Assembly: GCA_026184295.1 (NCBI GenBank)
Contig: JAHCJK010000001.1
Location: 24,862-88,861 of the forward strand
Source: Planctomycetota bacterium
GTDB taxonomy: Bacteria > Planctomycetota > SZUA-567 > H5-PLA8
Direction: 5' to 3'
DNA length: 64,000 bases
Shown in pieces: positions 27,940 through 36,776 of the stretch. The position numbers were made by a program, and so were the translations under genes. The notes under the pieces were generated by a model, which was not told where the DNA came from, ran no database searches, and worked only from the letters and a program-made list of their open reading frames with translations. Every line of letters begins with the position of its first letter. The stretch's first letter is position 1.

Positions 27940-28599
27940 TCAGCGGAGCATGTCCAGCAGGCGCGTGCGCACCTGGTCGAGGTGCCGTTCGGCGGCCTGG
28001 CGCGCCTGGGCCGGATCGCCGGAGGCCAGCGCGTCGAGCATGTCGTAGTGGGTGACGGCCCATTCGGGCGGTGTCTGGCCCAGGCGGTCTTCGAACGGAT
28101 GGCGCGCCATCTCGCTGCGCACGATCATGCGTCCGCGCTGAATCGTATCGATCAAGGCCTGGCAGCCGCTGGCGTCCACAATCGCGCGGTGGAACTGGCA
28201 GTTCGCCACGCGCGTCTCGTAGTAACGTCCCGCCAGCCGGTGCTCCTTATATTGGTCCGCAAGCGCGCGGAGATTCCGCTCGACCTCGGGGCTCCAGCGC
28301 CGGCAGACCATCTCCGCGGCCAGCCCTTCCAGTTCCTTGCGGACGAGGAAGAGTTCCGCGACTTCCAGCGGCGTGATCTCGCGCACGAACGCCCCGACGT
28401 TGGGAATCAGCTTCACCCAACCCATCTCGGCCAGGCGCGTGAGCGCGTCGCGGAGCGGCGTGCGGCTGACGCCCATGCGTTGCGCGAGCGCCGTCTCGCG
28501 CAGATGCGTGCCCGGCGGCAGCTCGTTCGTGACGATCAGGTCTTCGAGCCGCTCGATCAAAGATTTTGGTTCGGTTTGGACGGGCATTTCTGTTTGCAT
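27940..28599 (-). CDS. GntR-family regulator, FadR/FCD subfamily
   Basis: N-terminal wHTH (ETALAQRMGVSRTPLRDALTRLAEMGWV) and C-terminal FCD-like helical domain. Confidence 0.8.
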   Translation of the reverse strand: MQTEMPVQTEPKSLIERLEDLIVTNELPPGTHLRETALAQRMGVSRTPLRDALTRLAEMGWVKLIPNVGAFVREITPLEVAELFLVRKELEGLAAEMVCRRWSPEVERNLRALADQYKEHRLAGRYYETRVANCQFHRAIVDASGCQALIDTIQRGRMIVRSEMARHPFEDRLGQTPPEWAVTHYDMLDALASGDPAQARQAAERHLDQVRTRLLDMLR

Positions 28600-28792
28600 A
28601 CATATTGTATACAATCCTATAAGACGTTCGGCAACGTGAATTTTTAAATTCTGCTGCGGTTTTTTTAGGCCACGCTTGAACGGAATTTGAACAAATTCTC
28701 ACTCGATGTAGTTGCAAATTAAAATCAAATTGATAGAAGTTCACCCTTGCTAATTGAGAACAATTCGCAACAATACGAGGAGGAAACGGGTC

Positions 28793-30208
28793 ATGCGTTG
28801 GTTCATCGGGGCGATCGTGATGGTCGCGATGGGATCGTTGATGGCAGGCGAAGTGAGCAACGCGGAACTTCTCGCGGAGATCAAGGCGATGCGTGAAGCG
28901 TACGAGGGCCGCATCTCGACGCTGGAATCCACCATCAAGACGCTGCAGGCCGAGAAGGCCGACGGCGCCCGCCGCGTCGATATCAAGAAGGGCATCGACA
29001 AGGCGCTGGGCGAAGACAAGGTCGCGACGGCGGTCGTCGAACGCCCCGGCCCGAAGTCGGCGCTGAGCGGCAACGCGGTGCGCGCGGCGACCAACGTCAC
29101 CCTGGGCGGCTACACCGAATTCAGCTACATCGACCGCGGCGACCGCACCAAGTCCTTCGACCAGACGCGCACGGTGCTGGAAATCGGCGCGCAGGTCCAC
29201 GAACGCATCACCTTCTACACCGAATGGGAGATCGAGCACGGCGCGATCATCGCCGGCGGCGAAGAGAGCGACGGCGAACTGGAACTCGAGCAGGCCTGGG
29301 TCGATTTCAACATCAACGACGCGCTGAATTTCCGCACGGGCATGATTCTGGTCCCGGTCGGCCACTACAACCTGTACCACGAAGGCTGGATCAACAACTT
29401 CGTCGACCGCCCGCTGGTGGACCGCCGCGTGATCGGCACCACCTGGTTCGAGGAAGGCGCCGGTTTCCACGGGCAGGTGCTGGACACCGAGAGCCTGGGC
29501 CTTTCGTACGAAGCCTACGTCTTCAACGCGTCCGACGCGCGCGAAGTCGGCGCCAGCGGCTTCCGCGGCATCCGCCGCGAAGGCAACGGGCCGGTCTACC
29601 GCAACCAGAAGGCCGGCGCGTTTCGCGTCGCGTTCGAACCGGCGCGGTCGCTCAAGCGCTTCGCGGACCAGTTCGAGATCGGCGTCAGCGGCTACATCAG
29701 CGGGTTTAACGGGCTGCGCGAGGACGACGACGCTCCGAAGCTGGGCGGCGACGGCACCGTGCAGATCTTCGCCATCGACGCGACCTACGAGAAGTCTTTC
29801 AAGGAGAAGGGCACGCTGGGCGTGCGCGGCGAAGCCGCCATGGCCCACGTTTCGCCCGGCCGCGAACCCGGCGCGCCCGGCCAGCAGTCCTGGGGCTACT
29901 ACCTCGAAGGCTACTACTCGTTCTGGCCCGGCTTCCTGACGGAGTCGCCGTTCGGGAAGGGCTTCAAGGATCCGCGCCTGGTCTTTGCCGTGCGCTACGA
30001 CTGGGTGGATGCCGACATCGATTCGTTCGACCGCAAGGATCTGAGCCGCACGAGCGTGGGCATCTCGTACCGCCCGACCTCGCGCGTCGTCTACAAGCTG
30101 GATTACCAGATCGACCACGCCGAATCGCGGGACGGCTCGGGCCTCTCGGATTCGGGCGATGGCAGCCGCACCGACGCCTTCCTCTTCGGCGTCGCGCTGG
30201 GCTTTTAA
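28793..30208 (+). CDS. Outer-membrane beta-barrel porin-like protein
   Basis: Signal peptide MRWFIGAIVMVAMGSLMAG after a gaggagg RBS. N-terminal coiled region, then alternating beta-strand-like pattern. C-terminal aromatic residue (…FGVALGF) typical of OM barrels. Confidence 0.6.
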   Translation: MRWFIGAIVMVAMGSLMAGEVSNAELLAEIKAMREAYEGRISTLESTIKTLQAEKADGARRVDIKKGIDKALGEDKVATAVVERPGPKSALSGNAVRAATNVTLGGYTEFSYIDRGDRTKSFDQTRTVLEIGAQVHERITFYTEWEIEHGAIIAGGEESDGELELEQAWVDFNINDALNFRTGMILVPVGHYNLYHEGWINNFVDRPLVDRRVIGTTWFEEGAGFHGQVLDTESLGLSYEAYVFNASDAREVGASGFRGIRREGNGPVYRNQKAGAFRVAFEPARSLKRFADQFEIGVSGYISGFNGLREDDDAPKLGGDGTVQIFAIDATYEKSFKEKGTLGVRGEAAMAHVSPGREPGAPGQQSWGYYLEGYYSFWPGFLTESPFGKGFKDPRLVFAVRYDWVDADIDSFDRKDLSRTSVGISYRPTSRVVYKLDYQIDHAESRDGSGLSDSGDGSRTDAFLFGVALGF

Positions 30209-30273
30209 CGGCAGGAAGCGCGCGTCATCCCGGACCGGGCCAGGAACTACCTCCTCCTCGGGCTCGGTTCGGG

Positions 30274-30753
30274 ATGCGCGCGGTTGTAATGGGGATGAAC
30301 GGCATGCGCACGATCCGCGAACTGGCCGGCATGGACTGGGTGCTTCCCGAACTGCACCGGACCTCCCGGCGCAAGCTCTTTGAAAACGCCGAAGGCTGGT
30401 GGATTCTCGGGCAGGACCGCAACGCCTGGGATTACTTCGAAGCCTACAAGCGTTCCATGGCCCCGGTGCAGATCATCAAGCACTGCCGCGAACGCGGCGT
30501 GATCTCGCTGATTACCCCCTGCATCCAGACCGACGGCCGCTTCGAACTCTTCGTCAACGGCGACGTGCACCGCTTCTGCTGCTACCGCTGCGCGTACAAG
30601 CGCGTCTGGGACGGCATGGACGTGCTGCTGCCGCAGCCCGAACATTTCATGATCTACATGATGCTGGATTCCATCGGCTACATCGAAAGCCCGGACGCGC
30701 CGCGCGAACCCGCCCGCGGCCTGCGCCGCCGCGGAGGCCCGAGCGAAGCATGA
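30274..30753 (+). CDS. Hypothetical protein with C-terminal YHS-like Cys motif (HRFCCYRC)
   Basis: 159-aa ORF. Stop overlaps the start of the downstream Rieske gene (ATGA). Confidence 0.45.
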   Translation: MRAVVMGMNGMRTIRELAGMDWVLPELHRTSRRKLFENAEGWWILGQDRNAWDYFEAYKRSMAPVQIIKHCRERGVISLITPCIQTDGRFELFVNGDVHRFCCYRCAYKRVWDGMDVLLPQPEHFMIYMMLDSIGYIESPDAPREPARGLRRRGGPSEA

Positions 30754-31226
30754 ACGACCGGGAGATGTCCCGCCGCGACGTCCTGAACTGGCTGGCCGCC
30801 GCCGCGGCCACCGGCTGGATGCTCGACGCCTGCGCCTGGGGCGAAGAGAAGGACGAGAAGTCCAAGCGTCCGCCCAAGCTCGCCAGCCTGATGGCCCTGC
30901 CCAACGATTCCGCCAAGGGCATCGACGAACCGAAGGTGATCGTCGTCCGCACGGCCAAGGGCGTGGCCGCCTTCCCGCGCGTCTGCACCCACCGCCACCA
31001 GGAACTCGACGTGGACGAGAAGGACGGCTCGATCTACTGCCCGCTGCACGGCAGCCGCTTCAGCCTGGAAGGCAAGCCCACCAACGGTCCGGCTTCCCGC
31101 GCGCTCAAGTGGTACAAGGTGGAACTCGACCAGGACGGCAGCGTGCGCGTGGACACCCGCAAGAACGTGGACGCCGGCGCCTGGGCTCCGCTGCCCGACT
31201 GGGCCAAGCCCAAGTCCGGCAAGTAG
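30750..31226 (+). CDS. Rieske [2Fe-2S] domain protein with Tat-type signal
   Basis: SRRDVLNWLAAAAATG twin-arginine motif. Rieske boxes CTHRHQ and CPLHGSRF. Confidence 0.75.
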   Translation: MNDREMSRRDVLNWLAAAAATGWMLDACAWGEEKDEKSKRPPKLASLMALPNDSAKGIDEPKVIVVRTAKGVAAFPRVCTHRHQELDVDEKDGSIYCPLHGSRFSLEGKPTNGPASRALKWYKVELDQDGSVRVDTRKNVDAGAWAPLPDWAKPKSGK

Positions 31227-31231
31227 CACGT

Positions 31232-32173
31232 TCAGGGCGTTTCTTCGCCCCACGATCCGTACCACAGGTCCACGATAGGCAGCGAGAACCCCCGGTATTC
31301 CTCGCCCGGCGTCTCGATCTCGATCCCCAGGCTGAAGCCGTCCAGCGGAACCTCGCCGTCCACCGTGAAGAAGTACTCCAGCTTCGCTTCCGCCGGCCAG
31401 CGGCCGTGTTCGGTGATCCCGTCGAGCATCGGCTTGATTACGTTATCGATGAAGGCGCGCCCGCGCGGGCCTGCGTAGTGTTTTTCGTACTTGGTCCAAC
31501 CGCGCTTGATGGCCGCGACCACCATGTCCTTCCGCACCAGAGGAACGTAGTGGGTGTGGCCGTCCGCCGTCAGGCGCGCGCTTACATCCTGCAGGGCTGC
31601 GTCCAAAGTCTGGTGCATGCGGAATTCCTTTCGTGGAAGAGCCGGTAGGCCGGCCTGCGTTCTCAAGTAAGAGCGTGCTTCGAAGAGACGCCGTTTGACC
31701 GTGCCTTCGGGGCAGGAGGCCTGCGCGGCAATCTCGCGGACCGAACGCCCCTCGGCGTAAAAGGCCTCGGCGATCGCGCGGAGTTTGCGGGGCGCGGACG
31801 CGAGCGCCTCGCGCAGAGCGGCTCCGTCTTCGTGCGGCGCGGGCGCTGCCCGGTCGGGCAGCCGCGAAGGGTCTTCGACCGCGACGATCCGCGCATCCCG
31901 GCGCCGCGCTTGCAGAAACCGTACGCACGCGCGCCGCGCCAGCGTCCCCAGCCAGTAACGGAAACTGCTCGGCTCCTGCAGGCCCGGCAGGTCCAGCCAC
32001 GCGCGCATCAGCACCTGCTGCAGGACATCGTCCGCGTCCGCCGGATGCGGCACGAACGCGCGCACCAGATCGGCCAGGTAGGCCCTGTGCGCGTCGGCCA
32101 CGCGGTCGAACGCGGCGCGGTCGCGGGCCTGCGCGGCCTGGAGATCGTGGGGAAGGTCGTCCATCGTCTTCAT
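31232..32173 (-). CDS. ECF sigma factor fused to a C-terminal extension of about 130 aa
   Basis: Sigma-70 region 2 (VLQQVLMRAWLDLPGL) and region 4 (RSVREIAAQASCPEGTVKRRLFEARSYLR), followed by a continuous C-terminal domain with no intervening stop. Confidence 0.65.
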   Translation of the reverse strand: MKTMDDLPHDLQAAQARDRAAFDRVADAHRAYLADLVRAFVPHPADADDVLQQVLMRAWLDLPGLQEPSSFRYWLGTLARRACVRFLQARRRDARIVAVEDPSRLPDRAAPAPHEDGAALREALASAPRKLRAIAEAFYAEGRSVREIAAQASCPEGTVKRRLFEARSYLRTQAGLPALPRKEFRMHQTLDAALQDVSARLTADGHTHYVPLVRKDMVVAAIKRGWTKYEKHYAGPRGRAFIDNVIKPMLDGITEHGRWPAEAKLEYFFTVDGEVPLDGFSLGIEIETPGEEYRGFSLPIVDLWYGSWGEETP

Positions 32174-32410
32174 CTTAAGGGAGTAGGGGCCGCGAACCCC
32201 CGGCCAGGTTCGGAATAGTGGAGGATTTCGGGACGGGGATTGGGCATGCGGTGAGCTTCCTTTGAGACCGTTCCGGCTCCTTTTGTATCGATAATACCGG
32301 TTATAATAATCGCTATAGAAGCGCTATCGGACCTGCTGTTCTGCGCACCGCGGCATGTTTTACAGTCCTCACTTCGCACCGAGAATGATAAACTTCTCCC
32401 ACGGCGTTCT

Positions 32411-33454
32411 ATGCGGAGGTCTTCCATGCTGCGATGGGTCGGTATCCTGGCGGTCCTGGCGTTGGGGTGGGCGGCTGCGGCCGAAGACCCGCTCGAATTG
32501 AAGCCCAGCGACGACACGTATCTCACGCCGGACGTCTCGGGCAAGCCCGGCGGGCGCGGCGCGCGCGACGAATTCCAGATCTACGGCGGCGCGGATAAGA
32601 AGCAGTTCCGCGCGCTCCTCAAGTTCGACCTCAGCGAGGTCAAGACGGCGCCCACGCAGGCGATCCTCAGCATTTACGTCTGGAACATCGGCTCGCCGAA
32701 AAAGTCCGAGACCATCCGCTGCCATCCGGTGCTGCGCGACTGGGACGAGAAATCCGCGAGCTGGGACATGTGCCACGCCGACGACCTGTGGACGAACCCC
32801 GGCGGGGATTTCGATCCCGTGGCGCTGGCCGGCAACATGGTCGCGAACACGATGGGCGGCCAGAAAGGCTGGTGGCTCGACTTCGACGTCACCCCGATGG
32901 TCCAGATGTGGGTGGCCAAGCGCAAGCCGAACTACGGTTTCGCGCTGCTCTTCGATCCCGACTGCACGGCCGAAGTGCGCGTGAAGAGCAAAGAAGGCAA
33001 CCCCGCGCCCAAGCTGCAGCTCGCCTGGGCCGCGAAGCTCGACCGTGGCCAGGGCATGATCCCCGGCAACAAGCTGCGTCCGTACGGCGACCCGGTAAAG
33101 ATGGAACCCGTGCTCAACGCGGGCGGCCTGAACATGGTCCGCGTCGGCGAGAAGTTCTCGCAGACGATCAAGGCGCGCGGCGGCGCGAAGCCGTACAAGT
33201 TCAGCGCGACCGGCCTGCCCGAAGGCGTGGCGCTTGGCGAAGACGGCGTGCTTGCGGGCACCCTCGAGAAGGAAGGCCGCTTCGGCTTCAGCGTCACCTG
33301 CGCCGGCGCCGACGGCAAGCGCGCGACCCTGCGCTACGAACTCGTGGCGCAGAAGGGCGGCGTGGCCGAAGTCGCCGGCGGCGGCGACAATCCTCCCGCG
33401 AAGAAGCCCGAAGACGCCCAGAAGACCAAGGCCGGCGGCCTAGAAGACGAGTAG
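32411..33454 (+). CDS. Secreted protein with C-terminal Ig-like (putative cadherin-like) domain
   Basis: Signal peptide MLRWVGILAVLALGWAAAA. C-terminal PYKFSATGLPEGVALGEDGVLAGT motif typical of the putative Ig domain family. AT-rich promoter-like region upstream. Confidence 0.5.
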   Translation: MRRSSMLRWVGILAVLALGWAAAAEDPLELKPSDDTYLTPDVSGKPGGRGARDEFQIYGGADKKQFRALLKFDLSEVKTAPTQAILSIYVWNIGSPKKSETIRCHPVLRDWDEKSASWDMCHADDLWTNPGGDFDPVALAGNMVANTMGGQKGWWLDFDVTPMVQMWVAKRKPNYGFALLFDPDCTAEVRVKSKEGNPAPKLQLAWAAKLDRGQGMIPGNKLRPYGDPVKMEPVLNAGGLNMVRVGEKFSQTIKARGGAKPYKFSATGLPEGVALGEDGVLAGTLEKEGRFGFSVTCAGADGKRATLRYELVAQKGGVAEVAGGGDNPPAKKPEDAQKTKAGGLEDE

Positions 33455-33469
33455 CCCCGCGTCTTTCGC

Positions 33470-34096
33470 TCAGGCTTTCCGGGCAAAGTCTTCGCCTTCG
33501 TACACACGCACGGGATTCCCGCGCTCTAGCGTATTGTGGCAGCTCCAGAGGTCCTGGCGGAAGCCCGCGCGGCGTTCGGCATCGCGGGCGGCCAGCGCGT
33601 GGGCCAGCCGCGCCAGCGCCAGGCGCCGGTTCGCATGCTGCGAGCGTTCCTCTCGCGCAAGCACGCTCAGGCCGCTTGGCAGATGCGTGACCCGCACGGC
33701 CGACTCGGTCTTGTTCACGTGCTGCCCGCCGGGTCCCGACGCGCGCAGCGTCTGAAAAGAAAGATCCTTCGGCGACCACGCGAACGCGTCCGGCTCGCGC
33801 AGCGCCTCGACGCCCACGAACCAGTTCTTGCGTTTGTGCCCGGGGCGGAACGGGCTGCGCCCGATCCACTGCACCGTCCCCAGCCAGCCGCGCAGAAACG
33901 TTTCCGCGCCCGGGCTTTCCAGTCCAAAGAGCGCCGAGACCAGCGTTCCCGCGCGCGGCCCCGGCGTCTGTTCGATCGCATCGGCGCGGCAGCCGGCCTG
34001 CGCGGCCTCGTCCGCGAAGAGCCGCGCGATGCGCGGGACCACCCACGCGCACTCGGAAGGCCCGCGCCCCGCGCTGATCTGCACCCAGGTTTTCAC
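33470..34096 (-). CDS. prfH: Peptide chain release factor H (RF-H)
   Basis: GGQ motif in SGPGGQHVNKTESAVR. About 200 aa. GTG start overlaps the upstream rtcB stop (GTGA). Confidence 0.8.
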   Translation of the reverse strand: MKTWVQISAGRGPSECAWVVPRIARLFADEAAQAGCRADAIEQTPGPRAGTLVSALFGLESPGAETFLRGWLGTVQWIGRSPFRPGHKRKNWFVGVEALREPDAFAWSPKDLSFQTLRASGPGGQHVNKTESAVRVTHLPSGLSVLAREERSQHANRRLALARLAHALAARDAERRAGFRQDLWSCHNTLERGNPVRVYEGEDFARKA

Positions 34097-35223
34097 GCGC
34101 CGGCCCTCCGCACCTTGTACGTGATCAGCGGCCGCAGCTTTGCGACCACGCGCACCAGGCCCGCCTCGACCAGGTCGCCCACCACGGCCTCGATCTTCTT
34201 GTACGCCTGCGGGGCTTCCTCGTAGAGCAATTCGCGGTCCTCGCAGATCACGCGGCTCCCAAGCTCGGTGCGCACGAGATCGTCCTCGCCGTAGCGTTCG
34301 CGCAGCCGCGCGCGGCAGTCGCTGCGGTTCCACTTGCGCCCGGCCCCGTGCGCGACGCTGCGCGCGTTGGCCTCCTGCGGCCCGGCCGGTTCCACCAGGT
34401 AGCTGAAACTCCCGCGGTTGCCCGGCACCACCAGCGCGCCCCGATTCGACGGATTCGCGCCCTTGCGGTGAATCCAGGCCGCGCATCCGCCGAGGGTTTC
34501 GCGCGCGACGAAGTTGTGCGGCAGGTCCAGCGCCACGCGCGCCTCCGAACCCAGCGCATGCAGGAACCGCCACGCGATCAGCGCGCGGCTGGCCTGCGCC
34601 CAAGCCACGGCGTGATCGTGCCGCGCAATGTACGCGCGCGCGTCGTCGCCCGCCGCGTCCAGCCCGGCGTAACCGTGATTCGCCATGTGCCCGGCCAGGA
34701 CCTCGCGGCCGAGTCCGCGGGAACCGCTGTGCACCAGCAGGACCAGACGGTCCTCGTCGAGCCCCAGCGCGGCGAAGGCGGCGCGGTCTTCGACGTCCTC
34801 CACCTGCTGGAGTTCCGCGAAGTGATTGCCGCCGCCGATGGTCCCGAGCGATTCGTCCTGATCGCCCGGGGCGAGGTCAAACTGCGCGAGCCACCCGGCG
34901 CGGTCGCCGTCCCAAGGGCGGTCGAGGTCCACGAGCCGGCGTTCCCAGCGCTCGAACTTCGGCTTGCGCGCGCTCAGGTCCGAGGCCCACAGGCCCATCC
35001 CGCAGCCGACGTCATTGCCGATCAGGTGCGGATACAGCGTGTCCTCCGTGACGAACGCCGCGCCCACCGGGCCGCTCTTGCCCGGATGCAAATCCGGCAG
35101 GCCCACCGCCAGGCGCATGCCCGGCAGCGCGGCCGTGCCACGCAGTTGCGCGAGCGCGTTGCCTTCGATCCAATTCTTCTCCGATGCGAACACGCGAACG
35201 TTTCCAGCGTTCAGGTCGGTCAT
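34093..35223 (-). CDS. rtcB: RtcB-family RNA ligase (RtcB2 type, paired with prfH)
   Basis: RtcB motifs (PDLHPGKSGPVGAAF, GNDVGCGMG, HNAGR-like HGAGRKW). Start at MTDLNAG with upstream ggaggtgg RBS. Confidence 0.85.
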   Translation of the reverse strand: MTDLNAGNVRVFASEKNWIEGNALAQLRGTAALPGMRLAVGLPDLHPGKSGPVGAAFVTEDTLYPHLIGNDVGCGMGLWASDLSARKPKFERWERRLVDLDRPWDGDRAGWLAQFDLAPGDQDESLGTIGGGNHFAELQQVEDVEDRAAFAALGLDEDRLVLLVHSGSRGLGREVLAGHMANHGYAGLDAAGDDARAYIARHDHAVAWAQASRALIAWRFLHALGSEARVALDLPHNFVARETLGGCAAWIHRKGANPSNRGALVVPGNRGSFSYLVEPAGPQEANARSVAHGAGRKWNRSDCRARLRERYGEDDLVRTELGSRVICEDRELLYEEAPQAYKKIEAVVGDLVEAGLVRVVAKLRPLITYKVRRAGA

Positions 35224-35562
35224 ACCACCTCCGGAAGTTCCCGTCGAAAACGGGATCACAAAGCCCCTGCGCCGCATGCCGGGCGGCATGCGTGCACGGT
35301 CAGGCCGAAGGCGCGCGGCGCGAACATGCGCAGGCATGACGCGGCGCGGCAGGGGCCGGACGGCTGTTAGATTTGGAGTGGGGAAGGGACCGAAGGCGGG
35401 ACTACGGGAGGCCTCGGCGTGGCCGAGGGTCAGCGACCGGCGAAGAACTTACGCGGCGAAGCCCGGCGTCTCCATCTTCAGCACCTGGTTCGTCGTGGTT
35501 CGCGGCATCTTCGTTCCTCCAAGGATGGACTCGGGGCAAATAACCCGATGAATCCAGGCTTG

Positions 35563-36093
35563 TCAATGTTCGAGCTTAAAATTGGCGACGGGAGCGTGGG
35601 TGCTATCTCCGGGCGATAGGAGATCGAAGCCATTGGGATTCCCCATGCTTCCGTCTTTGCGAGGATCGGAGGGACCTTGGCGATGAAAGCCGTTGCTCGC
35701 CTCGTCGTAAAGGATGGCCTGGCCCCACTCGTCGATGATTTCGGGCGCGCCGTTGTCGTCGAGGTCTTTCAACGGTATTTGGCTTACGTCAATATAGGGG
35801 CCGTAGTCTTCGGACGCCTGGACCTCCTTCGCCTGCGGATGCTTTCGGAATGCGGTGGTCAGGAAATGGAGGAGCGCTTCGCTGCTTTTCAGCCTTATGC
35901 CCTGCGCCACGATTTCATCGGGGGGATACGCGCCAAAGTCGAGATGATACGCTTCGCACGCGGTTTCCAGACTCTTTTGGAGCGTTCGCGTTTGCGATTG
36001 CACCCTGGGCCTTGGCCCTCTTGAACCGCCGATGATCGGAAAAAGCATCGCCAACGCGACCACCAAGAGAAACACCGCGATTAAGCGCAGCAC
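35563..36093 (-). CDS. Membrane-anchored hypothetical protein
   Basis: Only the 3' 177 codons of ORF-track entry 35563..37047 look real (TM helix VLRLIAVFLLVVALAMLF, then a soluble domain). Start is uncertain (GTG). Confidence 0.35.
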   Translation of the reverse strand: MLRLIAVFLLVVALAMLFPIIGGSRGPRPRVQSQTRTLQKSLETACEAYHLDFGAYPPDEIVAQGIRLKSSEALLHFLTTAFRKHPQAKEVQASEDYGPYIDVSQIPLKDLDDNGAPEIIDEWGQAILYDEASNGFHRQGPSDPRKDGSMGNPNGFDLLSPGDSTHAPVANFKLEH

Positions 36094-36179
36094 GAGGGTC
36101 TTGTGGAAGCCTTGGGGCGGCGCGCGCCCGATCCCGCCGCGCGCCGTCTCGTCGCGCGGACCGTCCTGGCCGTCCGCGC

Positions 36180-36767
36180 TCACTTGAACGACGTCACCAG
36201 CGCCTCGAACGCGGCCTTGGCGACCTCCACGGTCTTCTTCGGGCCGGTCAGCTTCAGGAAGTACTGGCCTTCCTTCGCCGGGATGATCGCGCCGAACATT
36301 TTGAAATCCTTCTTCGGCTCCGGCTTCTGACCGCCGAACGCCATCGCGGTGTACTCGCCTTCCAGTTCCACCACGGTGGCCTCCGTGCCGTCCGCCGTCT
36401 TCACCTTGGTCTGGCCCTTCACGGAATCTTTTCCGCCGAACTGTTTCGCCCAGCGTTCGACGTTGGCCTCCACCGTGCCGCTGGCCGGCAGGAGAAAGAA
36501 GCCCAGTTCGCCGCCCTCGGCGTCGCCTTCGGCCTTGGGCAGGCTGAAGGTGGCCAGGCGCATCGGCCGGTCGGCCCCCTTGGTCCACGCCGTGGGGACG
36601 GTGACCGTGCGCTTCGGCTCGTCGCCGAACTCGAAGGCCTTGGTCTCGCCCTTCGGCGCGTCCTTGGCTTCCTCGGTCTTGGCCTCGCTCTTGCCTTCTT
36701 CCGAAAACGCGGGCGCGGCCAGCAGCGCGCAGCCCAGCAGAAGGAACATGCCCGTGCGATGCGTCAT
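36180..36767 (-). CDS. Secreted hypothetical protein, paralog of the adjacent lipoprotein
   Basis: Signal peptide MFLLLGCALLAAPAFS. Shares blocks with 36777..37481 (YTAM.F, K.FKMFGAI., YFLKL.GP, AFE.L.TSF). Confidence 0.6.
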   Translation of the reverse strand: MTHRTGMFLLLGCALLAAPAFSEEGKSEAKTEEAKDAPKGETKAFEFGDEPKRTVTVPTAWTKGADRPMRLATFSLPKAEGDAEGGELGFFLLPASGTVEANVERWAKQFGGKDSVKGQTKVKTADGTEATVVELEGEYTAMAFGGQKPEPKKDFKMFGAIIPAKEGQYFLKLTGPKKTVEVAKAAFEALVTSFK

Positions 36768-36776
36768 GTGCGGCTC

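Noticed and set aside
28620-28792. AT-rich stretch upstream of the porin gene as a possible small RNA
   Set aside because: Most simply a promoter plus 5'-UTR (gaggagg RBS directly precedes the ATG). There is no paired structure or conservation evidence to call an ncRNA.
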